Source of the DNA: Anthoceros angustus
Lineage: Eukaryota > Plantae > Anthocerotophyta
Direction: 5' to 3'
Assembly: GCA_010909165.1 (NCBI GenBank)
Contig: MU008160.1
Coordinates: 1,364,001-1,428,000, forward strand
DNA length: 64,000 bases
This document shows positions 60,402 through 64,000 of this stretch, in pieces. The position numbers and the translations under genes are program-made. Position 1 is the first letter of the stretch. Each line of letters begins with the position of its first letter. The notes under the pieces are model-generated. The model ran no database searches. It saw nothing but the letters and a program-made list of their open reading frames with translations, and was not told where the DNA came from.

Positions 60402-62263
60402 ATGGAAGGGTGCTACCTGACGACGAAGGCTCCCGGCTGGGTTCAGCCTGCTGCTGTTTGCACTGGAGCGGTCCCTCGGAGCCGGGTTGTTGTAAGGGCA
60501 GCAGGGGACTCGAGCAAGAAAGGGTTCGGCAATGTCGAGAAGGAGGAAAAGAAAGGGAAGAAGGGCGGGCGGCAGCAGAAGGCCGTGGTGGTGAAGGAGG
60601 GGTCTAGAGAGATGAAGAAGTTGATCAGTTCGGTAGAGAAGGTGCGTGGGTGACGGGGTTTGGGAATGCGGATGCTGCTGGTGCTGGTGGGACGGGGTTC
60701 TTGGAGCTGTGACAGGCTTACTGTGTGCATTGGGATGCAGGAGAGTAATGCCGAACAGCACCGGAAGCTGAATATCGATCCTCAAGTAGCAGCTAAGGGG
60801 AAGGTGGATTTTGTGCGTGTGGAGTCCTGGGGTGATGAGAGTCAGACGGAAGCGGATTTGGAGAATCTGAAGCTGAAGACATTCAGTTCTGGGTTTGATT
60901 CGTCGGACTACAGTGCCCCCTTCTACGAGCAGCTTGTTCGACGGATTCAGCTTCTTGAAAGCAAGGTAGACGTGCGTTCTCTCCAGCTTGAGTGGAAAAT
61001 TGTGGGAGTTGTTTGTCCGACTATTTTGCTGACTGGTTCCTGTGAGTGAGCAGGGTGAAATCTCCGTGGTGCAAGCACAACCGCTGCCGCCTTTCGAGAA
61101 GTGGGTTTTTGGTGTCAATCGGTATGCACAGTACCTGGTTGATCAGGTTAGCACACTTGTTCCTGGGCCTCTGGGAGAGGCAAAAGGGGCCTTCATAGAA
61201 TGGATCAGGTCTTAGACTTTAAGCTGGCGGTATTTTAGCATGCAGTTCACGAGGCACTGGAGGGTGTGATAGAGGCCATCAATCAAGTTTCAAGGGAAGA
61301 AGCAGATGGTGCAGTCCAAGCTGTCCAAGCTGTTTGCCTCTTCAGCAGTGCCTTGGGCCTCCAGCGTGCAGAGGTTTGGCCTCTGCTCCTTGACATGCGT
61401 ATTTCACTATGCTACTCAAGACACTGCTTCAACGAGAGCGGCTAAACAGCCGTCCTTCAGGCTATTGCAGTGGACCTGAAAAGACTTTCAGAGGAATCAT
61501 CTACCGCTGGGCCTTCAGAACCTACTACCCAAACACTTTCTTATGCAAAGGTAACACTGATGCTTCCGTCCAGTTTTGCAGCCTTGTTACAGTCTGCTGA
61601 GAGATCTGGCGTTGATGCAGTATATTCAAAGACTTGGGAAACTAGCTTCCGGTGTTGGAGATGAAGGCAAAGAAGCTTGCCTCCGTTTACTGGCTCATAT
61701 TTTCTCTGTTCAGATTGCACACCTAACCACAGGTACCTTTTTCCTCCTATCGTCGTTTCCCCGGACACAGGCATGTTGTCCGTAACATTGCCGCTTGCGA
61801 CTAAAGGTGTCTCGACCTGGCAGGAATGAGAGTTGGCTCCAAGGCCCTTAACGACTTGTCGGTGGTACGATCGGCTAAGGCTGTTAGCTTTTACCGTGAT
61901 TATCCCCAGGTACGTTGATTTCTCCAGCATCGTGATGCTCGCATCCAAATGCTCAGATTGAAAATAATCGGCCGACGAACGGTTCCAATGCAGGAGGCTG
62001 CTGATCCTTTGAGGGTTCTTATCTTAGCGTGCAACAAAGCAGGCAAGATAATCTCCAAAGAAGCAGACTTGGAACAGGTGACTGTTGTGCGTGATTGCTC
62101 TCTAGCTGTGAATCTACACGCACAAGGAGGAATGGGAAGGTCTTTATGTAAACTGGTCAATTTTGTCTCACAGGTCATGCAGGAGCTTCCTAAAGCTATC
62201 CAGAAAACGAGTCTACTGCTTTCTGTCTTGGCTGTCGTGGATCAACCAGCACTTGCAAGCTGA
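60402..62263 (+). CDS. Heme-oxygenase-fold plastid protein, divergent (probable pseudo-enzyme), multi-exon
   Basis: Transit-like leader (RSRVVVRAA), then KW..G..RYAQYLVDQ|HAVHEALE, LGLQRAE|AIAVDLK, PT.QTLSYAK|YIQRL, LLAHIFSVQIAHLTTG|MRVG.K.L and SFYRDY. These are colinear with plant HO motifs GYL.FLVDS, GLER.E.L..DL, FICHFYN.YFAH.AGG.MIG and FYKW. Confidence 0.7.
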
Positions 62264-62939
62264 CACTTATATGGGCTATGTTCTTGATCTTGCTCGTGGT
62301 CACGCCCTTTCTTGTTGTAATGATCCCACAACCCGGTCACTTCATTGAACTGTAAGTGAGGATCGGGCCCGGCACAGCTCTACTGCAAGGACAAAGGACC
62401 ATGAACAGAGCGTGTTCGCAAGCCAGCCGGTGGGCACGCACGTCCATCTGCATCAAACACTTGTTATGTACCTAATATGCATGTAGGAGTTTAGGGTTGG
62501 GAGTGAGTTGGCGAAATTGCCTCACCAGCACAAGGTCCGGTCACTTGCGGACACCCTTCACAGCGCTCCTTCCTTATTCCAGTCATACCAGCTATGTCTA
62601 CCCTGTCCCTCGCTTTGGTAACATCTGGACCTCGTCTGCGTTGTCCACGCTCGAGCTTGCCCTCGAACTGTGAGGTAAGGCGCTCCTGTCCGTCCCACTG
62701 CTCGCCCGCTCTCTTCGTTCAGTTGGCTACAGGTCTCTAGGTGCTCGACTGTGCCTTGCTGGCACCGCCGCCCTCCCACTGGCAGCAACTGGTTGCCGCC
62801 TTGCCGCCTTGCCGCCTTGCGTACCTCTTGCCATCGTGTAGGTCCAGTTGATTCCTCTTAGGAGTTTCTTAGGAATTAGTTGGCTTTCTATTCAGCGGCT
62901 ATGAGAGCCAAGGCATCTCGGGTGTGGAATTATTGCTAC

Positions 62940-63448
62940 TGCAGACATGACTACACCGGGAGATGGATGTGATACAGATATGACTGCACCGGGAGATGGA
63001 TGTGATGCAGAGATGACTGCACTTTGGAGATTGATGTGACACCGGGGGAGACGGATGTGATTCAGAGGAGATGACTTGCACGGGGGCAATTGGATGTGAT
63101 GCAGAGATGAGTGCACCGGGGCAAATGGATGTGATGTAGAGGTGATGACTACACCGGGGCAAGTGGTTGCGATGCAGAGGAGATGACTGCACCGGGGCAA
63201 ATGGATGTGATGCAGAGATGATTGCACCGGGGCAAATGGATGATGACTGCACCGGGCAAATGGATGTGACGCAAAGGTGACTGCACCGGGGCACATGGAT
63301 GTGATGCAGAGATGACTTGCACCGGGGCAAATGGATGTGATGCAGAGATGACTGCACCGGGGCAAATGGATGTGATGCGACATGACTGCACCGGGGCAAA
63401 TGGATGTGATGCAGAGATGACTGCACCGAGGTAAATGGATGTGATGTG
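62940..63448. repeat. Minisatellite, about 14-15 units of 34-35 bp (ATGGATGTGATGCAGAGATGACTGCACCGGGGCAA)
   Basis: Direct inspection; head-to-tail degenerate copies. Confidence 0.95.
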
Positions 63449-64000
63449 AATTTGAACATCCATGCCTTTAGGGGTTATTTAGTCTATGTTTTGAAGAAGT
63501 TGGTGAAGATTGCAAAGAGGTGTTCTCATCACAGTGAAAAGTTTTATCGAGTATCGAGGCAAGTTGGAGAGGTTAGAGCTCCGAAGGATGAGGATATTGA
63601 AGAGGTTGGAGCTTTGAAGGCTGGAGAGGTTGGAGCTTTGAAGGCTGGAAATGCTGGAGTTACAACGGTGGTGCAAAATGCAAGAGCTGGAGATGCTGCA
63701 CGTACTAGAGTTGTGAAGAATGTAGAGATTGGAGATGTTTGACATATCGCAGTTGTGGAGAGTGCAGGGACGGGACGTATGGCAGGTAGAGAAATAAAAT
63801 TTAATCCTATCTTCAATCTGCTTAAGGTAGAGATTTAAGAATTACGCATGAGCCACCAGCAACAGTTAGCACATCATGAACAGGAGATTGAAGACTTCAA
63901 AACTTGAAATAGTCTTACCAGCAGCAGGTTTCCAGCTTCAAGTCTTCATCTTGAATTTTATTGATAGTGAGATTATTTCAAATCTTCAATCAGCTGTTCA

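Noticed and set aside
62892-63463. Cys/His-rich ORFs on the minus strand (163, 186 aa) as metal-binding proteins
   Set aside because: By-product of a 34-35-bp minisatellite that lacks stops on that strand; the same three peptide motifs rotate through all frames.
63450-64000. Short ORFs with GALKAGEV repeats at the right edge
   Set aside because: Driven by a 21-bp duplication; no recognisable product and truncated context.

Overview
Eukaryotic nuclear DNA from a compact land-plant genome. Introns are GT-AG and mostly ~80-150 nt. A rotatin gene implies flagellated sperm, so a hornwort or lycophyte is the best guess (inference). GC-rich gene-dense blocks alternate with AT-rich repeat/TE islands (~5.7-9.9 kb, 13-19 kb, 41.3-43 kb, 52.4-55.3 kb, 62.4-64 kb). 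Recognisable genes: O-fucosyltransferase (OFUT36-like), N6-mAMP deaminase (MAPDA/ADAL), cellular PIF1 helicase, METTL25B/RRNAD1, an EamA transporter, GOS11 SNARE, oligopeptidase B-like protease, a MIF-like protein, F-box/LysM, rotatin, class III peroxidase, a P-class PPR, PsbP-domain PPD5, PIG-W, tRNA-Ser(AGA), SD2-5 lectin receptor kinase, a LysM-TM protein and a divergent heme-oxygenase-fold protein. Decayed TEs: a CRE-clade non-LTR retroelement and a PIF/Harbinger transposase. Leading candidates for something new: (1) the intronless MAPDA ORF appears to sit inside a 5'-UTR intron of, or be co-transcribed with, OFUT36; (2) an unannotated first exon gives PIF1 an RPA32C-binding-type helix; (3) a plastid-type HO-fold protein lacks the axial His; (4) a plastid-type LysM-TM protein could bind plastid peptidoglycan. 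All identifications come from motif recognition by eye, with no database searches. Exon boundaries are manual and some are approximate.
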